This document shows positions 12,101 to 23,512 of a DNA stretch of 40,125 nt, piece by piece (positions within the stretch are counted from its first letter, which is position 1; every line of letters begins with the position of its first letter). The DNA lies in IMG/VR virus record IMGVR_UViG_3300027734_000050, positions 64,001 through 104,125 of that record; one strand, 5' to 3'. Source of the DNA: a virus (taxonomy: Duplodnaviria > Heunggongvirae > Uroviricota > Caudoviricetes). Under the pieces are notes generated by a model. That model ran no database searches and was not told the origin of the DNA. It saw only the letters and a list, made by a program, of their open reading frames with translations. Position numbers and translations under genes: made by a program.

Positions 12101-15100
12101 ATCTTTCAACCACAAGATCTCGTGCATTGAATTGTCTACCATCCGCATTGAGCACCATGTTTTCCACAGTTTGTGCAGCAATGCTGTCTACTATGGCACC
12201 GGGGCGGGTTACAATAAACTTATTGGCACCTGGATTCAAATTGATGATTGATCCTGTTTCCCAACCTTGATTGCTCCAATACAGGAATTCGTTGACCATC
12301 TGATTCCAGTCTAGCACATATCCGTTTTCAATGGTATTAAATGTTAACCCTTGATTTTGTAACAATGCACCATAACTCAGCAAAAAGTCAGCCATCAAAG
12401 TGCGGTTAATGAATACATATCCATATGGTATTTGCACCACATTATTGGTATATTCCACAGGCACACGTATGGTGCTACCGCCCGAAGAGATAGTGGCCAA
12501 TGCTCCACTTATACGGCTTTGCAATATATTGAAATATGGTTGTGACATGTTATAACCATAGACCGCCCACCCGGCCCCGGTGCTTTGTACAATCACACTG
12601 GAATATGTAAGTTGATCAAACGGCACATTTTTGTAAAACAACAAATTATAACTATTGTCGGGTATCAACAAACTGGAATTTAAACTACTTGGACTAGATT
12701 TTTCTGAGTAAATTTGTAACAGATTCTTTCCAGTAAAGGAAGCCATCCTATAACACAATCTCACATCAAGATTTTTAAGATCGGCAGTGAGAGCATCAGT
12801 GGAGTTAATACCACTTTGTCGATTGAAATCCACAATCCAATCAATATAACTGGCTTTGCTAGTACCGTTGCCATATATTTCGACTCCGTTAGCATCCAGT
12901 CTATAACGCTGGTTGTATAGATATTGATTGTAATCTGTGTCAAACTTGTACAAATCTCTATCAGCGAACAATGAGAAGAATTCAGCCGGGCGTGTCAGAG
13001 ACAACAATCGCATGATGGCAAACGGATACGCACTTGAGGTACGCCAAGCATTTTCTACTGGACCGTCATCACCGGCGATCCAACTGCGCTGAAAATCATT
13101 GCTGTTGAAATTACCAACCACGGTTTCCATGGGGCTCAGCAATGTACCTTCACTGCCTGCAGGTATCACATTTAACAGTCCTGAACGAATATATTCAGGA
13201 CGTACATAAGGTGCCACAGGATCTCTAACTAAGCCGGCTGCAAGGTCTCCCCACAACACCAAGTTACCTGATGTGTACGGCGCAGGACCATACTGATTTT
13301 CCCACCATACCGGACGCTCGCTGAATCCCAACATCTCCCATGGTCTTGTGTTGGGATAGATAGTGTCGTAAAAGTAGTTATAGATGCCGCGCCATGCACC
13401 TACCACCAGGGGTTGATTGTCCGTGAGTTTGTTTGATGCTGTGCTATAGTTCCAAGTGAACTGGTTATTCGATATGTAATCTTGTGTCTTGTAATCTAAC
13501 TTGTTCCATCCTACCCAGGTCAGGAAGTCCTGATTAAGAATTTCTTGCACCTCGGCAAGAGAATAATCTGTGGTACGGAATTGCCCCGGAATAACTTCTG
13601 CTGCGGTAAGTGGAATAGGATTACCGTCTAATTTCAAATTGTTATAAATTCTTGTTTCAAATTCCAACAACACCGCATCACGGAAATCGTTGAACGCTCT
13701 GGTAATTGATCCGTCATGCCCGCGTATTACAAAAATAGGGTCTACATAAGTGGTATCTAAAAATATTTCCGGAATATACGCCGGATACAATCCTAATTTG
13801 GTAGGAGTGTTAGGCACGTAGTTGCCATAGGTTGCTTCATACTCTTGAATAGTAACAACATCGCCCACCTCAAGCGGTATTAAAATCTCAATGGTAGGTG
13901 CGTTGGCACTGACCAAATAATCAATTCCTCTTGTGAGAAGTCTGCCCGGTAGCGCAAGCCGGCCGGTGTTAGCATCATTGCTGTTGCGATATAGATATAC
14001 CAACAATGCTTGATAATTTGCCGATGTGTAATTGTATATCTGTGTGAGATCAAATACCTGTTCGGTGATTGGAGTCACTGTGGTCTGAAGTTGTGTGTAT
14101 ACTGTGCCAATAGGCAACATGTCTGACCAATAGAATGGATTTGAACTTATACGACCAGTGTTGATTTCAGAAAATACTGCATTGAGTATGTCCGGTACAG
14201 TCATATTCACATAGTCGCCTTGACCTGCTGTGTTTAAAAACTGTGCTTTGAACTTTTCGTATTCTCTCGAATTGTATGCCAATGAAGCAAAAATATCATA
14301 TTCGGGCTTGCGAAGGAAGTATCCGGCCAGAGTCATTGGAGAACTCTGTTGCAGTATGTTCAATCCATAAGGAACAATATTACCAAGATCTCTTGAGTTA
14401 TTAGCACCGTTTATTGCACCAGTCAAGTTGATCAGATTTTGTGCAATGGTACTATAGTGTGTTCGTATTGTGCCCAATGTGAAGTTCTGGCTGTTTCCAT
14501 TCAATGGATTGTTTTCCAAATTGATAGGAACTTGATAGAATCCTACCACACTGACTTGATCGCTGAGTGCCAGTACTTCTACTATATCACCGTAAACTAA
14601 TTTTGTACCAGGATTCAATCGTATCACTGTGGTATTGTCAGTTGTGGTAACAGTATAGGCACCTGGATCTTGGAATAAACTACTGTAGTCCTGAGAAATG
14701 CTAGTGGCGTACAATTTAACACTAGGAATGGTTACAGTGGGCAATACTGCTATGTCTAAAATAAATGGTGTTGTGACTACTAATTCTTTGGATAGCACAG
14801 TTTGTGAAATATTCACAGAATATGTTCCAACACCTCCGGTGGCGTTGAGTAATCCTGTGATCTGAGTTCCAACAGCAACACCGGTGCCAGTTATGCCTTG
14901 ACCTATCAGCAATGACGATCCATTGGCAGGTGCCACGGTCACTGTGAGTGTAGTACCCGATATCGATCCTGTGATGGCTTCGGGAGTGTAGGTAAAATTA
15001 AACTGTTGATAGATCTGACTCTTGACAGCGGCTTTTTGCCAACCTATTTCCTTTTGATAGATGGTTCTATTTTCATACTGACGAACATAACCTATGCTGA

Positions 15101-17558
15101 TATTGTCAGTGTATTGAATATTGTCCATAACATAGGTGAATGTATCTTTGTAAAGATTGTTATCAAATACAATATCACCTATGTTGTTCAAACTCAGATA
15201 TTGCAACGGAAATCCCAGCACAGTGTCTGCCACAGTGCCCGGACCAATGGCATAACTGAACAGTGGGCTTCCGCCAACTATGGTTCCAAGATTGTTTTTA
15301 GTTATTGAAAATGTTGAACTTGGATAGATCGCACGGTTTCCCAAACTATACCCATTCAAGTCATACACATCAAACATGGGGTTTTGATTTATTTGGGTTT
15401 TTTGTTGTGCCTGGATCCATTGCACACCATCATAGTAAAATGTTGAGCCTTGTACATAATTGTTTGTATTGCTTAAAGCAACCACGCATTGGTCAATCAA
15501 TGCCTCTGCATCTGATGCCGGCACAAGATCAATCACCGGTTCAGCATACAATGTGCTGTCGGGTAATGGACCAGTGGCTGGATTGATAAAGTTTACCACG
15601 TAAATTTTATCTCTCACTTGAGGATCAGTGTCTTTGGCAAAGATTATTCTATTACCTTGTTGTACCAAATATCCATCTGCATAGTATTGTGTGGCTCCAT
15701 TGACATTGGAGAATGCATCTGTCTGAGTGAGATCTACAACATTTACCGGGGCCTTGGATTCAGTACCCATGTTGTATAATTTCGTACCGCCTCGAAATTC
15801 TAAAATAGGGCGCTTGGCACGAAAATTATTATCTAAAACTGCGGTTGTGTTGTTGTATGCTGCGGCTGCATTTATCACCTCAACATGAAACCAACGATTT
15901 GATCTGGTCCAGGCATTGAGATCAGGACTATCTAATGCTATGGTAATGTAATCTGGATCCAAGGGCTCATTCAATGTGCCATCCCAGTTGGCGGAATCCC
16001 ATGGAACAAAATCCCATGGAGTGCTGGCAGTTCGAACAATTTCCGGAGTCACATAGTCGGTTACCGGTAATAATTGTATTGCTGTGCCTACTCCTGCCAC
16101 ATAATAAGTTTGACCTTGGTAACTGGAAGGTACTACTGTGCCTTGGAATGTAATTTTAAGATTGTTGGTAAACACAACTCCATTGGGAGAGATATATGTT
16201 GTTTTGCCAAGGATCTCGGTATCTACATTGATAGATTGAGTTTGTGTGGGTTCAATCAGTCTGATCTGTCCAAAAATTTCTGGGTTGGTTCCGTCTTGAT
16301 ACCACAGTAGATCTTTTACAGCAGTCAGCAAAGGTATCTGTTCAAAATACCCTTCGGCATTGCGATACCATTGTGTAGTGGACCATTCAGTGCCAAACAA
16401 GACAGTAAACTTAGTAAACTCTACACAAGGAGTAACCGATGACAGTTTGAGAATTGGCTCACCGCTTGTGGTGTATTCATATTGTATCAACCAAACACTA
16501 TATCTGGTATTGACATCTACAATAGGTGTGGTTTGATCGTATGGTAGATAATCGTAACTACCTGGCTGTCCATTGTTGCTGGCTGCCTGTGCTAATGGGT
16601 CAAATTGTGTAGTGATCAACCAGCCGCCATCTTGAGGATCAGCGATAGTGTTGGTGAACACTATGGTACGATTCTGCAGATTAGTGATGCCATCAATACC
16701 AGTGGGATATTGTTCCAAGAATGTAGATAAGAACACATTGTTGACTTGATCAAACTTCAATGTAGTAGTAAGTAGATCCACTTGTCCGGCGGTAGGCAGG
16801 CTAGGTATGAGTTCTAGATCATAGTAGAATTGCTGTGCATTTTTGTATGGAACATCAAAGGTCACTGTGCCTTGATCTTCACCGTTATTAGTAACACCCA
16901 GCACAGTCCTTGAACTGATGTTAGGAGCATAAGGCAACACGCCATTTACTCCCGGTTCGGCTTGTATCCAGAATTGATTAGGAACTTGATTAACTGCGAA
17001 TTCGTAGTTGCCACCACGAACCAAAGTGATTGTGGGATTTTTTCCAGCAAGACCCGAGAACTCATAATAGTTGTCTGCTCTAGTTACATCAAATGTATCA
17101 GTGGTGGGAATAACTGTAGCACTTACATCTACCGACGGTGGTCCGCCAGGTAGCCAATAGTATTGAGAATAATTGCTAAATTTATCAAAATTTATAAAAG
17201 GATCCCAGGTATAGTAATCACTGGTATACAATCGTGCAGCATTGTCAGTGAACGCGCCCTGGCGTGCCAATGCATCCGACATGCCAGGATATGTTATAGC
17301 GTCAGAGATAGTGTTGGCATCTGGTACCAAACTGATCACGCCCGGTTCAAGTTGATAATTGGCTCTATTGGTGGTAGGCTCAATCACATAGTAATCATTG
17401 GGATTGACCCCGGGTCCTACATGACGTCCAACAAACCCTTGCGTCTTTTTAAATTCAGGGTCCTGGGTCAATTGATCCAGTGTAGCCGCTAAGAACTGTT
17501 TGTTAGTGCTGGTTTGGAAAATTGGTGGTAGAAAATCTACTGTTCTAGTAGTGGCCAT
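3186..17558 (-). CDS. Giant (4790 aa) multidomain baseplate wedge/fibre protein
   Basis: 14.4-kb uninterrupted ORF whose start overlaps the gp6-like stop (TAATG). It contains FG-GAP-like repeats, CBM5/12-like modules and many repeated beta-sandwich modules. Confidence 0.85.
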   Translation of the reverse strand: MATTRTVDFLPPIFQTSTNKQFLAATLDQLTQDPEFKKTQGFVGRHVGPGVNPNDYYVIEPTTNRANYQLEPGVISLVPDANTISDAITYPGMSDALARQGAFTDNAARLYTSDYYTWDPFINFDKFSNYSQYYWLPGGPPSVDVSATVIPTTDTFDVTRADNYYEFSGLAGKNPTITLVRGGNYEFAVNQVPNQFWIQAEPGVNGVLPYAPNISSRTVLGVTNNGEDQGTVTFDVPYKNAQQFYYDLELIPSLPTAGQVDLLTTTLKFDQVNNVFLSTFLEQYPTGIDGITNLQNRTIVFTNTIADPQDGGWLITTQFDPLAQAASNNGQPGSYDYLPYDQTTPIVDVNTRYSVWLIQYEYTTSGEPILKLSSVTPCVEFTKFTVLFGTEWSTTQWYRNAEGYFEQIPLLTAVKDLLWYQDGTNPEIFGQIRLIEPTQTQSINVDTEILGKTTYISPNGVVFTNNLKITFQGTVVPSSYQGQTYYVAGVGTAIQLLPVTDYVTPEIVRTASTPWDFVPWDSANWDGTLNEPLDPDYITIALDSPDLNAWTRSNRWFHVEVINAAAAYNNTTAVLDNNFRAKRPILEFRGGTKLYNMGTESKAPVNVVDLTQTDAFSNVNGATQYYADGYLVQQGNRIIFAKDTDPQVRDKIYVVNFINPATGPLPDSTLYAEPVIDLVPASDAEALIDQCVVALSNTNNYVQGSTFYYDGVQWIQAQQKTQINQNPMFDVYDLNGYSLGNRAIYPSSTFSITKNNLGTIVGGSPLFSYAIGPGTVADTVLGFPLQYLSLNNIGDIVFDNNLYKDTFTYVMDNIQYTDNISIGYVRQYENRTIYQKEIGWQKAAVKSQIYQQFNFTYTPEAITGSISGTTLTVTVAPANGSSLLIGQGITGTGVAVGTQITGLLNATGGVGTYSVNISQTVLSKELVVTTPFILDIAVLPTVTIPSVKLYATSISQDYSSLFQDPGAYTVTTTDNTTVIRLNPGTKLVYGDIVEVLALSDQVSVVGFYQVPINLENNPLNGNSQNFTLGTIRTHYSTIAQNLINLTGAINGANNSRDLGNIVPYGLNILQQSSPMTLAGYFLRKPEYDIFASLAYNSREYEKFKAQFLNTAGQGDYVNMTVPDILNAVFSEINTGRISSNPFYWSDMLPIGTVYTQLQTTVTPITEQVFDLTQIYNYTSANYQALLVYLYRNSNDANTGRLALPGRLLTRGIDYLVSANAPTIEILIPLEVGDVVTIQEYEATYGNYVPNTPTKLGLYPAYIPEIFLDTTYVDPIFVIRGHDGSITRAFNDFRDAVLLEFETRIYNNLKLDGNPIPLTAAEVIPGQFRTTDYSLAEVQEILNQDFLTWVGWNKLDYKTQDYISNNQFTWNYSTASNKLTDNQPLVVGAWRGIYNYFYDTIYPNTRPWEMLGFSERPVWWENQYGPAPYTSGNLVLWGDLAAGLVRDPVAPYVRPEYIRSGLLNVIPAGSEGTLLSPMETVVGNFNSNDFQRSWIAGDDGPVENAWRTSSAYPFAIMRLLSLTRPAEFFSLFADRDLYKFDTDYNQYLYNQRYRLDANGVEIYGNGTSKASYIDWIVDFNRQSGINSTDALTADLKNLDVRLCYRMASFTGKNLLQIYSEKSSPSSLNSSLLIPDNSYNLLFYKNVPFDQLTYSSVIVQSTGAGWAVYGYNMSQPYFNILQSRISGALATISSGGSTIRVPVEYTNNVVQIPYGYVFINRTLMADFLLSYGALLQNQGLTFNTIENGYVLDWNQMVNEFLYWSNQGWETGSIINLNPGANKFIVTRPGAIVDSIAAQTVENMVLNADGRQFNARDLVVERLDNTFSVTSLTSETINFLNIKFTSYENMVVLDNVTIFNDLIYNPVTAARQSRVRLVGWNTAQWNGQLNAPGFILNQNNIESWNPLKKYTRGEIVLWKNTYYSALDIVQPSAEFDITQWTVSNYTKIQQGLLPNAANKSNQLANSYNVYTANLELSQDLFAYGLIGWKPRQYMVNLELDSTSQVQLYQQFLGTKGTLRAVDIFSLADLGRGPTQYQIYENWAIQRGIYGANANRSFYELQLNEALLNSNPSTIQVIASGESSEANQTVLVNNLWKSSYKITSPNILTTEIVPIANSALPSAGYVNFDDVDITVFDLSIPVNLNATLNEINLGSSVWAAKINNYDWGVYRISKLPGYLISVTTNLDGTSVFTFTQPHGLSVVNATTADLTFVIRFFSSIVDGTYKILRIPSITQLVAVFSFTNQSQITETGNGIGFVLQTQRVSQASDVINLPYANSLIPGNKAWVDNNGLGLWEVLEKQEVFTSKDEIKARDPVTDSFFGQSIAQSTDNAYAIVGSPGYDSGNGAIYTYIKSYIVPFEQNAIIELSATDTVGFGHAVSIGNQTWQVVGAPDSYNSRGYAAVVYRQPGTVDFSIRSLLTAPNPIELVYLAKFGYSVAVSQDEHWMYIGAPGINKVYAYGLVELPVQSVKYVTDGDTYIYNYSDSITIDSAYPDQLSVVLNNQELFSGVDYNLTANNVVLNTPPPKDLILNITRRTSTSFIGDGFTRIFELDEYLYTAVSIYSFIVILNGVTQRPNIDYEFNPDYSTVGRQLIFFTAPAAAATIAVNTGSYYTFANTLEFTLPFAASISGSTMTVTSVPTGSSSLYVGMMLSGTGVAAGTRITSLISATGGTGTYQVIPAQTTASTTITARLSDDAGFGTSVSCTIDGRQVMIGTPNDDYQNINDSGSVYVYDRSVQNFIITDPTQTSYTVDGAVLVDPTIVVLNNTFLVNNVVQQFTVSGTTVTVNVPLAVGDVLQVQVNTFNLLQIVTANAPSQSAKFGSAVDICRYSCSLYTGAPQDSSVLEGAGSVQRNLNQSRVYGITTSINPNPQLIPGQSIRINDQEVILSNPSTWNSALTWTANTVVQYNSGLYRSIRSVPTGVAITDTSYWETSTWVTNLVNNINASGIANVIASTGLPGTATYGLLTVSVKNALAAVAGNRLTVLPGLIGNIFQSLGFNTFAYTQTVTSPAPAVNVGFGSAVNIDTAATTLSVGVPRGNLYRPNTFDQGDTYFDGRTTTFNGPLYQSGVVYTYDYLRSSSDSLSDPGKFVFGQQIYDQRVQELDQFGTSISYINGVLLVGSPGNDLGDSTLSDLNYGRVAVFNNPTLTPAWTVIREQVPVVNVSLINSVYTYSATTGAKTQYFDFIDPLQGKILGAAAENINYTSAVDPAAYNVGPINNYGQTWAAAHLGEIWWDTNRVRFIDPNQDNITYAARRWGQIFPGANVDIYQWISSTVPPAGYTGPGIPRNATSYNVVSGVDVNGFIVTKYYFWVRNIPTIDTQAGKTLSALGIARYIADPVASGITYVAFLSAGATGIYNAANYISAQDTILSIEFDRELTENNVHVQYSLIPQDRADGFLPDNLYLKFQDSLCGVNSLGALVPDLNVSAANRYGVLFSPRQSMFVDRFLALKNYFGRANSVLAQLPISEIRSFVLLNSREPEPPEGSGAWDKRVANLEELSYQNLAFVSVGYRYLVVSDSGENGLWTIYQVTAPKTFATLELVRVQNYDTRRYWSYIDWYLPGYNSSQQVITTVAVYSDLSKLSVYQAPVGSSVRVTSNAQGKWEIYLRAATSTWERVGLQSGTIELSATLWDYQLARYGWDAQVFDSQYFDQEPVIETRKIIQAINQELLIDELLIERNRALMLMFNFALTEFESPEWLTKTSLIDVDHNIRELLAFQTYRRDNQDFVLDYIQEVKPYHVQVREFNLIYNGLDDYQGSITDFDVPAYYDTDVVPNQFVSPVLTPYTVSTATGTGTSSDISDAAADSLIWTTQPWNFWYQNYTLAVVGAAVADSGSGYTVPPVATVIGDCVTPAELTVNINSLGKLTGVTVINPGVGYITTALIVLSGGNGTGGQLVARMSGPGVGENQDPSSSTYGNTQYYNLVRSFNITMKYDRFQYVSTIVDWEPNVNYDNGTQVRYDNRVWQADSGDSTGVESATFDPAQWNLVNAATLSGVDRTMGLYVPTANEPGLNLGLLIDGVTYPGVQVSAPTFSQNTGFDVGNWDVNPWDNISYGPEGLPTYDPRILDAIYESSFSNIYLGIRPTDVNVVGGEFVGPYESHAPEELVPGSEFDTMDFRVYTQPGGDWDLNGHGFAWKIVKWVYDSTTAYAQSFNGIVPNPVQIRVTNQTQRRDLTQDLAYAVDWVNNTVAIIPSVSAPPAANGDILVLSIFGIGGGNQLYKNSYNGADVGNRLNIPVKENQIFEMVIFVNGELINNYTYVAGVNNTTDITFATTYTSTDEINVTAIGETDGSQSDSWSTPQTQYFVSDGRLDYRLDNTMSGTNIPNIVVEVNGIRARPPEGAFYISDGSSGYALPNRGGYSVALITDQEVLVYVDNQLQALGLNYSLDSYTSGNNVRYVDFNIPPATGSEILIAVTTKADYVVYDDSSSINDYTLVFRTIGGFYPQYGDIVSVTSWNDTAQQSIVTLLWQGPVTEGAVITEPFDSLPFDQGTVTGDSGSFDYTEGIQVIVNDFQLGRVVLDPTRMWVTKNGDRIFYGDDYLVVGQELVLHGPAIGVTDVVVAQLFTDSVVPEAMEFRIFQDMRGVQATYRMTPQTTTMLVEPLRKDQDIIYVLDAGALTQPDLETNIWGIITINGERIMYRELDIDNNTVSSLMRGTAGTAASDHAVDSIVYNLGQGNLAPTIYQDRIVYTNTLADGATTTFTAPNINLSELSLSFAEQAILVYVAGIRVYTGYTIDSVDPATITFATAPTDGYEISIRVRQGFGWYQPANGNPSDGQALQVTQTDAARFFRGQN

Positions 17559-20500
17559 TAGATTACTCCACTGCCTGGTGCAGTTCTTATGTTAGTTGAT
17601 GTCAACGCAGTGATCACCTCTACTGAATTTACTCCAGCAGCATTGACAAAGATTTCATTGGGTGCTGATCTTATTTCATACAGATCGCCAAAATATCGTT
17701 GTGGGTCTATAGGAACCAATACTACACTGCTTACAATGCCTCCCATGTTCCTGTGTATATACGCTGCCAGTTCTGAGAAGTAGAATGTGTCTCCAAAATT
17801 CCATATAGCAATATCAAAATATTGATTGAGATTAGCCACTACTAGAGTTTTGATTTCACTCACGCTGGCTGTGGAATTTGCAGCACGGATCACTTTGATA
17901 GTGGCACGTAAATTTTCAGCAGCCTTGGGTCCAAACAGTGGTTTGAATGTGACTGAATTTAACACTATGTTGTCAGATATCATTTTGTAAGATTGAAGCC
18001 CTTGATATGCTGTGCTGAGTTGATTGATCGTGGGCATAGCAGGTTCGGGTACGGTACCAGTGGAATCTTTGATCCAATTTTGATATGCTGTATAATAAGC
18101 ATTGGTAACCACATAGAGATCAATGATGTTGCTGGTGCCTGGATCAATGCGATCTGTAAGTGGTGCGTTGTGTCGGTATTGGAAATACAAACTTGAACGG
18201 CCCACTCGGGCCAACCACTCTACACTGACGTCTACAAATACTTGAACTCCATTGGGATCCAAGGCAAGTTGATAAAATGCACCAATCTGTCCTGTTAGCG
18301 GGCCAGTGTAAATCTCTTGACTGTATGCATAGAATACTTGCCCAATCACATACTCACTCTTGACTAATTCAATGTCATTCAATGTGGCATAACTGCTGTT
18401 TACACGGGCGGGTTCTACCAACAGATATCGTTGTAGATTGTCAAAGTCAACGGTCTTTTCAAAGAACACATATTTTGTATTTGAATTCACTGTTGGTGCT
18501 ACGATTTCAGCAAAGAAATCAGGATCATCTGTGACCCCATCATTATTGCGATCTTCATAACTCACTATCACTTGATAGTCGTCAACCAATCCGTCAACTT
18601 GCACAGGTTGATCAATGATTTTGAGATATACGTCTCCGGGTAGCGGACTGTTTGAATCTGGCAGACTGTTTGTTCTCAACACATTGATATAGTCACTGAC
18701 TATATTTCCCAGTCGGGGATCATAGATGCGGTTGCCGGTTTCAAAGAAAAATCTAGTTTGTAATACTGATCCAAAATTGTATACCAAGGCCCTGCTGCTC
18801 ACGGTATATTTTGTTCCATCTGTAACAGCCTGTATCAGCCAACTAGCATCAGAGTTGATCCCGTTGGTATTACCGGCTAGTCCTGGTATTGTTTGACTCC
18901 ATGGTGCATCAACATCTAAATTGGTAGATGTGATCAGATACCAAGTATAAGGAGTTCCAGTAACAGTGCCAATGCTGTCGTATCCCAATCCAAAGTTCCT
19001 GTATAAAGTTATTTGATTGACAATTTCTTGTTGAAGTGCGGTAGAAAAAGTTGTGACCAGTATAGGAATCACTTGTTCAGGAATTGCACCAGTGGGCACA
19101 AACACATTTAATGTCACAGGTCCTGTACCGTTGGCAAAGTTTCCTACCCCTTGGTTGGTACCATCTTGATAGACGCTTTGCGGAGACGCCCAGAAATAAT
19201 ATTTTTCTGTGGCCAATGTGGGTACTCCTAATTTGAGTTGATTATTTGTGTCAAAGAAATATCCCGCAGGTGCAGCAAATTTTATCAAACTACCCACTGT
19301 GATAAATTTGGTATCGCTGCTGGAATAACTGCTGATCACCGCTGGATACCCTAGTGAATTTACAAAATATCCAGTGGTCTCATTGGCCAGTCTGGTGCTT
19401 TGACGCCAGGACAATTGCAACGGAATTAGATTGGGTCTAGGAAAGTTTTCGCGATAAAATTGTGTGAACGCTGTAGTAGCAACCAACGGTTGAAGTTGAT
19501 TGGTTACTAAATTGGCAATATCATTGTTGTTGACCCAGGTAAAAAAGAATGAAGGTTCCTGGTTGTCTTCCCAGATAGCACCGTCGCTGGCGAATATGTT
19601 TGTTGAACTATATTTGCCGGTGTTATCCACCAGATCAAGATATCTGCTGGTGCCGATGCTGGCACGATTCAATGCATAACTTTTAATGATTGAATTGTAT
19701 TGTGTGAATGGAAAGTTTGTGTAATCTTCTCCATTGACCATGCGATTCTGTGTGTAGTATCTAGCCGGAGCACGTTGTTTGATCTCATCCAGAGTTTCTC
19801 TGGCCTGTGCATTGCTCACAGGAGTAGTGATACCGCAGGTAAATGTGATAGTTTGTAACTGGCCCGATCTGCTGATATAACTGATGGGGATGATTACACT
19901 TTGCATCTCTTCAGGGTTGATGATGTATGTGAGACCATTGCTGGCACGCACATATGCACGGAAAAATCCCACTGGAATAGATGAAAATACTCCATCACCA
20001 AACGTCATGGTAATTTGATCGTTGGCTCTACTTAAAGTAGAATACAATTTACGTTGGTCGGGAGCTAATTGCTCTTGTGCCGCAGCATATACTGATTGTA
20101 CATAGGTCCATTCACTGGCTATGGTACCAACATTGTCCAATTGGAACAGCCAACGATCTTCATTGTTCACACCCTCAATGTTGATATTCACTGTGCGGTT
20201 AGGTATGAGTTCACTCAAGTTAAAATCTTGATTTTGTAACACACCTTGTTTGAAGTAAAAGAAAAATCCTGTGTTAGCACTGGAATATCCCAATTGATCA
20301 TTACGGAACAAAATATTGAACAAGCCATTGGGTTGCGGTGCTGGTTCATATATGAATGGTGCAGTAGATGGAGTTCCCACTGATGTGGAATTTACTGCTT
20401 CAAATGGCATGGTCACGCCATCAACTGTGGCGGTGTATGGTACCACAGGCAAGAACCCGGGCACAAGATTTATGGCATATTCATTGGTATCCACACCCAA

Positions 20501-21037
20501 TATAGTAGTGCGATTACCTGGATGCCCCATACGTTGACTGTCTATCAATGCAGCATTGAGTATGGCTGTGAATTGTTCTGACCAGTTAAAATTGGTAGGA
20601 TCATTCCAATTGATCGTGGCGTTGGCTAAATTTATACCGTTGAAGTCTGTGACATTTTCGGTAGTCTGAACAGAAAATACTTTGAGATATCCACTGGCCG
20701 CTGTATTGCGCTTGGCAGTATAACTTACTAAATTGGCCAGTTTTACTACACTGTCTCTACGTTCTGCGGTGTCAATATAGTTTTCTCTGGTGTTTAGATC
20801 ATTACGAAAACTCAGTGCCTGACCCATGAATGCTACCACATCTAATAAAGCAATAAATTCTGATGACTCAATGTAGTCATTGAATGTTTCAGGATAGTAT
20901 TGTCGCAGATAGTCTACAAAACTTTTACGCAGTGTTTCAAAGTCGTAACTTTGGAAGTCTGCTTCTCTATAAGTTTGGTAGATGCGTTTCCAGTCTTCTA
21001 CTCCGAATATTACTGTTTGTCTAGTAGTGGTTGCCAT
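17558..21037 (-). CDS. gp6: Baseplate wedge subunit, T4 gp6-like (extended, 1159 aa)
   Basis: [18 protein letters not shown]...[19 protein letters not shown]...[22 protein letters not shown]; later FGDGVF and [24 protein letters not shown] are gp6 hallmarks. Confidence 0.9.
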   Translation of the reverse strand: MATTTRQTVIFGVEDWKRIYQTYREADFQSYDFETLRKSFVDYLRQYYPETFNDYIESSEFIALLDVVAFMGQALSFRNDLNTRENYIDTAERRDSVVKLANLVSYTAKRNTAASGYLKVFSVQTTENVTDFNGINLANATINWNDPTNFNWSEQFTAILNAALIDSQRMGHPGNRTTILGVDTNEYAINLVPGFLPVVPYTATVDGVTMPFEAVNSTSVGTPSTAPFIYEPAPQPNGLFNILFRNDQLGYSSANTGFFFYFKQGVLQNQDFNLSELIPNRTVNINIEGVNNEDRWLFQLDNVGTIASEWTYVQSVYAAAQEQLAPDQRKLYSTLSRANDQITMTFGDGVFSSIPVGFFRAYVRASNGLTYIINPEEMQSVIIPISYISRSGQLQTITFTCGITTPVSNAQARETLDEIKQRAPARYYTQNRMVNGEDYTNFPFTQYNSIIKSYALNRASIGTSRYLDLVDNTGKYSSTNIFASDGAIWEDNQEPSFFFTWVNNNDIANLVTNQLQPLVATTAFTQFYRENFPRPNLIPLQLSWRQSTRLANETTGYFVNSLGYPAVISSYSSSDTKFITVGSLIKFAAPAGYFFDTNNQLKLGVPTLATEKYYFWASPQSVYQDGTNQGVGNFANGTGPVTLNVFVPTGAIPEQVIPILVTTFSTALQQEIVNQITLYRNFGLGYDSIGTVTGTPYTWYLITSTNLDVDAPWSQTIPGLAGNTNGINSDASWLIQAVTDGTKYTVSSRALVYNFGSVLQTRFFFETGNRIYDPRLGNIVSDYINVLRTNSLPDSNSPLPGDVYLKIIDQPVQVDGLVDDYQVIVSYEDRNNDGVTDDPDFFAEIVAPTVNSNTKYVFFEKTVDFDNLQRYLLVEPARVNSSYATLNDIELVKSEYVIGQVFYAYSQEIYTGPLTGQIGAFYQLALDPNGVQVFVDVSVEWLARVGRSSLYFQYRHNAPLTDRIDPGTSNIIDLYVVTNAYYTAYQNWIKDSTGTVPEPAMPTINQLSTAYQGLQSYKMISDNIVLNSVTFKPLFGPKAAENLRATIKVIRAANSTASVSEIKTLVVANLNQYFDIAIWNFGDTFYFSELAAYIHRNMGGIVSSVVLVPIDPQRYFGDLYEIRSAPNEIFVNAAGVNSVEVITALTSTNIRTAPGSGVI

Positions 21038-21057
21038 GATCGTCCATTGTTATCTGT

Positions 21058-21065
21058 TATTTACC
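21058..21065 (-). promoter_or_regulatory. Putative late promoter GGTAAATA upstream of gp6
   Basis: Intergenic, 20 nt before the gp6 ATG, followed by a GGA SD-like motif. Confidence 0.6.
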
Positions 21066-21085
21066 AATGATATAAACGGCTAGTT

Positions 21086-21460
21086 TTATACAAAACTGGC
21101 TCGTCTTTGTTGTTGGTCAAAGAACACACTCAACAGTTGGGCGTCTGTGTTAGGTACAAATTGTATTTGAATTTCGATCAGCACGCCATTTTCTTGAGGA
21201 TATACGTTAGCATCAGTGATGTTGAGCCTAGGATCTCCACCGCCCACACGTTGTATCTCGGCCAATATAGCAGCCATGGTAGTTTGATCTTGATTTTCAA
21301 ACAAAATACTCCACAAAGTAGTACCGTAGGTTGGTCGCCCAGGTAACTGCCCTTGGAATATGTTTAAGGCGTTTAGTAAATCGCGTTTGATCAATTCAGT
21401 ATCAGTGAGTGTGAACTTTTTGTACTGATTTTGTGTGTTAAATCCAATGAATGTGGCCAT
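21086..21460 (-). CDS. gp25: Baseplate wedge/sheath initiator, gp25-like
   Basis: 124 aa; LIKRDLLNAL....GQLPGRPTYGTTLWSILFE...DPRL pattern of the gp25 family; adjacent to gp6. Confidence 0.9.
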   Translation of the reverse strand: MATFIGFNTQNQYKKFTLTDTELIKRDLLNALNIFQGQLPGRPTYGTTLWSILFENQDQTTMAAILAEIQRVGGGDPRLNITDANVYPQENGVLIEIQIQFVPNTDAQLLSVFFDQQQRRASFV

Positions 21461-21465
21461 AACAA

Positions 21466-21473
21466 TATTTAGT
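21466..21473 (-). promoter_or_regulatory. Putative late promoter ACTAAATA
   Basis: TAAATA core 5 nt upstream of the gp25 ATG, in an 18-nt intergenic gap. Confidence 0.5.
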
Positions 21474-21478
21474 CAAAG

Positions 21479-23512
21479 TTATGCTGTGGTTCCGCCGCCA
21501 TTGCTTTCACCGCCGCCAAATCCTCCTGGATCACTGTCGCCGCCGGCAACTTGACCTCCAGTATCACCACCAGTGTCACCTCCAGTGTCTCCGGCATCTG
21601 CCGAAGCTTCGCCTGTGCCGTTGTCCGCTTCGGCTGCTGATTCACTAGCATCCGCTGCGGCAACAGCCAATGATGCCTCAGTTGATGTAGTTTCGGCTGC
21701 GGCTGCTTCGGCTGCGGCTGCTTCGGCAGCAGTAACTTCACCTGCGGCTATTGCTGCTTCAACTGCTCTTATGTCTACTTTTGCTTGTGTCGCAATTGCA
21801 GCAGAAGTTGCAGCAGCATCGGCCTGTGCTGCTAAGGCTGAATTTATAGTAGGGGTCAATGAGGAGTTTAACGCACTGACCGCTATCGTGCCAAGTGGGC
21901 CAAACGCAGATGCAGCAAAACTCAATGCCTTGAGAGCGGTACTAAAACCTTTTGGATCCGCTGCTGCTGCTGATTTAAGACTGTTGATTGCACTGGTCAC
22001 TGCGGAACCAACTGGTCCGGGTACAGATGCAGATTGTGTGGCAGCGGTAATTGCACTTGTTGTGGCAGTTGTTGTTAATGAAGAAATCAATGAACTTGGA
22101 TTACCAGTAAGGATACTGCCAACCAGGGCTTTTTGTGTTGCGGTGTTATTGAAAGAACTGGCAAATTTATCCGAGGCAGCAGAAATAGATGAACCTATAC
22201 TTGTGATGCTGCCAGGAACACCATCATTTTTTGTTCCTGTAACAGCACCAGCAGCACCACTGAACATGGCTGCTTTGTCTGCAGATGTGATTCCACTGCC
22301 CAATGTTGGACTGTTGTCACTGACTGAAATCGGGTTTCCGCCGCTGAGTACCGGGGCCCCGCTGGAATTTCTCAATATTCCACCATTGGTAGAAATTGTA
22401 GGGGTATCGGAGGCACCATTGATTGCTGCCACAATTTGTGCTCCACTAAGTCCTGATGTAGTTAGAGTAGTTACCGCCGACTGTATCGCATCAGTAGCAG
22501 CAGCAGGGTTTGATGCACTGGTGCCTGCTGATGGAAAGTTTGGTGTTGGTATCTTAGGATTTCCAATGATGGCCTTCATGGCTTGATTTACATTGACTCG
22601 ATTCACAGTGTTAACATAACCCTTGGCGACCACTGTGCCTGATGATAACGCACCACCACCGCTGATACTTTTATTGACTGTACCAAATGTTCCACCAAAA
22701 TTGGATGATGCGACCAATCCAGTAATTCCAGCAACTGTTATCGCTGAGGCATTGTTGCTTAACCATTGTTTTGTATTGCTCACTCCATATACTGTGGCTG
22801 CATTTACCAATGGGCCCACAGTGGTTGATGATTCAGTTCCATTGATAGTACCACTTTGTTTTAATTGATTAAATGTGTTAGCCATCAACCCTTGTTGAGT
22901 CGACGTTTGTAAATTAGCATCAGACAATATAGCGTTGATATCTGTAGCACCTTGCTGCCCGGTCCAAGATGTTGGGCTACTGAGTATGCTGACTGAATTT
23001 TCAGGATCTTGACGAACTTGATCAGCAATACCCGGTTTTATCAATCCTGCGGCTTGCAATTGTTCAGCAGTAAGTCCATAGGTTCCTAATCCTTTGCTGT
23101 TGGTAATCACATTGGCCGATTGATCCACACTGGCTGCTACTGTTGCAACTAACCCTTGTACTTGTGCCGATGACACAGTACCGATGGTTTGAGCACTGGT
23201 ATCGGTATTAACAAAATCACTGGTAGTGATAGCGATAGGCGGTACTGTACCTGGCGGCACAGGAAGAATAAGATAATTTCCTGCTTGCTGTGCCACTGTT
23301 ACTGCCTGGGCACCTATCTGTGCAGGAGCAGTAGCCAGCCCATCGATAGATTGTGTTACAGCATTCAGCAACCCGCCTACTGGAATTCCTGTGAGACCGC
23401 CCGTATTAAATTGTTTGTCAAACTCTGCCTTTGCTTGATCGTAGGTAGTACCTGGAGGTCCTTGCAACTCATAGGCTTCTCCGGCAGGGGTGGTAAATCT
23501 CCAGATGCTCAT
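21479..23512 (-). CDS. Baseplate-associated Ala/Gly/Ser/Thr-rich protein with a probable degenerate lysozyme-like domain
   Basis: Coupled to gp5 (ATGA overlap). GLGTYGLTAEQLQAAGLIKPG...WTGQQG...ILSDANLQ resembles the lysozyme-like G.YQF...L...G...WTG..G motif. The C-terminal half is low complexity. Confidence 0.6.
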   Translation of the reverse strand: MSIWRFTTPAGEAYELQGPPGTTYDQAKAEFDKQFNTGGLTGIPVGGLLNAVTQSIDGLATAPAQIGAQAVTVAQQAGNYLILPVPPGTVPPIAITTSDFVNTDTSAQTIGTVSSAQVQGLVATVAASVDQSANVITNSKGLGTYGLTAEQLQAAGLIKPGIADQVRQDPENSVSILSSPTSWTGQQGATDINAILSDANLQTSTQQGLMANTFNQLKQSGTINGTESSTTVGPLVNAATVYGVSNTKQWLSNNASAITVAGITGLVASSNFGGTFGTVNKSISGGGALSSGTVVAKGYVNTVNRVNVNQAMKAIIGNPKIPTPNFPSAGTSASNPAAATDAIQSAVTTLTTSGLSGAQIVAAINGASDTPTISTNGGILRNSSGAPVLSGGNPISVSDNSPTLGSGITSADKAAMFSGAAGAVTGTKNDGVPGSITSIGSSISAASDKFASSFNNTATQKALVGSILTGNPSSLISSLTTTATTSAITAATQSASVPGPVGSAVTSAINSLKSAAAADPKGFSTALKALSFAASAFGPLGTIAVSALNSSLTPTINSALAAQADAAATSAAIATQAKVDIRAVEAAIAAGEVTAAEAAAAEAAAAETTSTEASLAVAAADASESAAEADNGTGEASADAGDTGGDTGGDTGGQVAGGDSDPGGFGGGESNGGGTTA
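21558..21593. repeat. 12-bp coding tandem repeat x3 (GDTG peptide)
   Basis: ccagtatcacca/ccagtgtcacct/ccagtgtctccg. Confidence 0.85.
21692..21727. repeat. 15-bp coding tandem repeat x2.4 (AAAAE peptide)
   Basis: ttcggctgcggctgc twice exactly, plus ttcggc. Confidence 0.9.

Noticed and set aside
17558-21037. Similar N-termini of adjacent genes (MATTTR in gp6, MATTRT in the giant protein)
   Set aside because: Too short, and MAT- starts are common in this genome (also gp25, gp55, hub); likely a translation-initiation bias.
21558-21727. Short direct repeats as a possible CRISPR or regulatory array
   Set aside because: They have no spacers and are in-frame multiples of 3 encoding peptide repeats. 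No CRISPR array was seen in the window.
21573-22586. 337-aa plus-strand ORF (and similar 29535..29957, 25324..25749)
   Set aside because: Antisense shadows of Ala/Gly-rich genes. GCN-rich codons lack stops on the opposite strand, and there is no start or SD context or domain.
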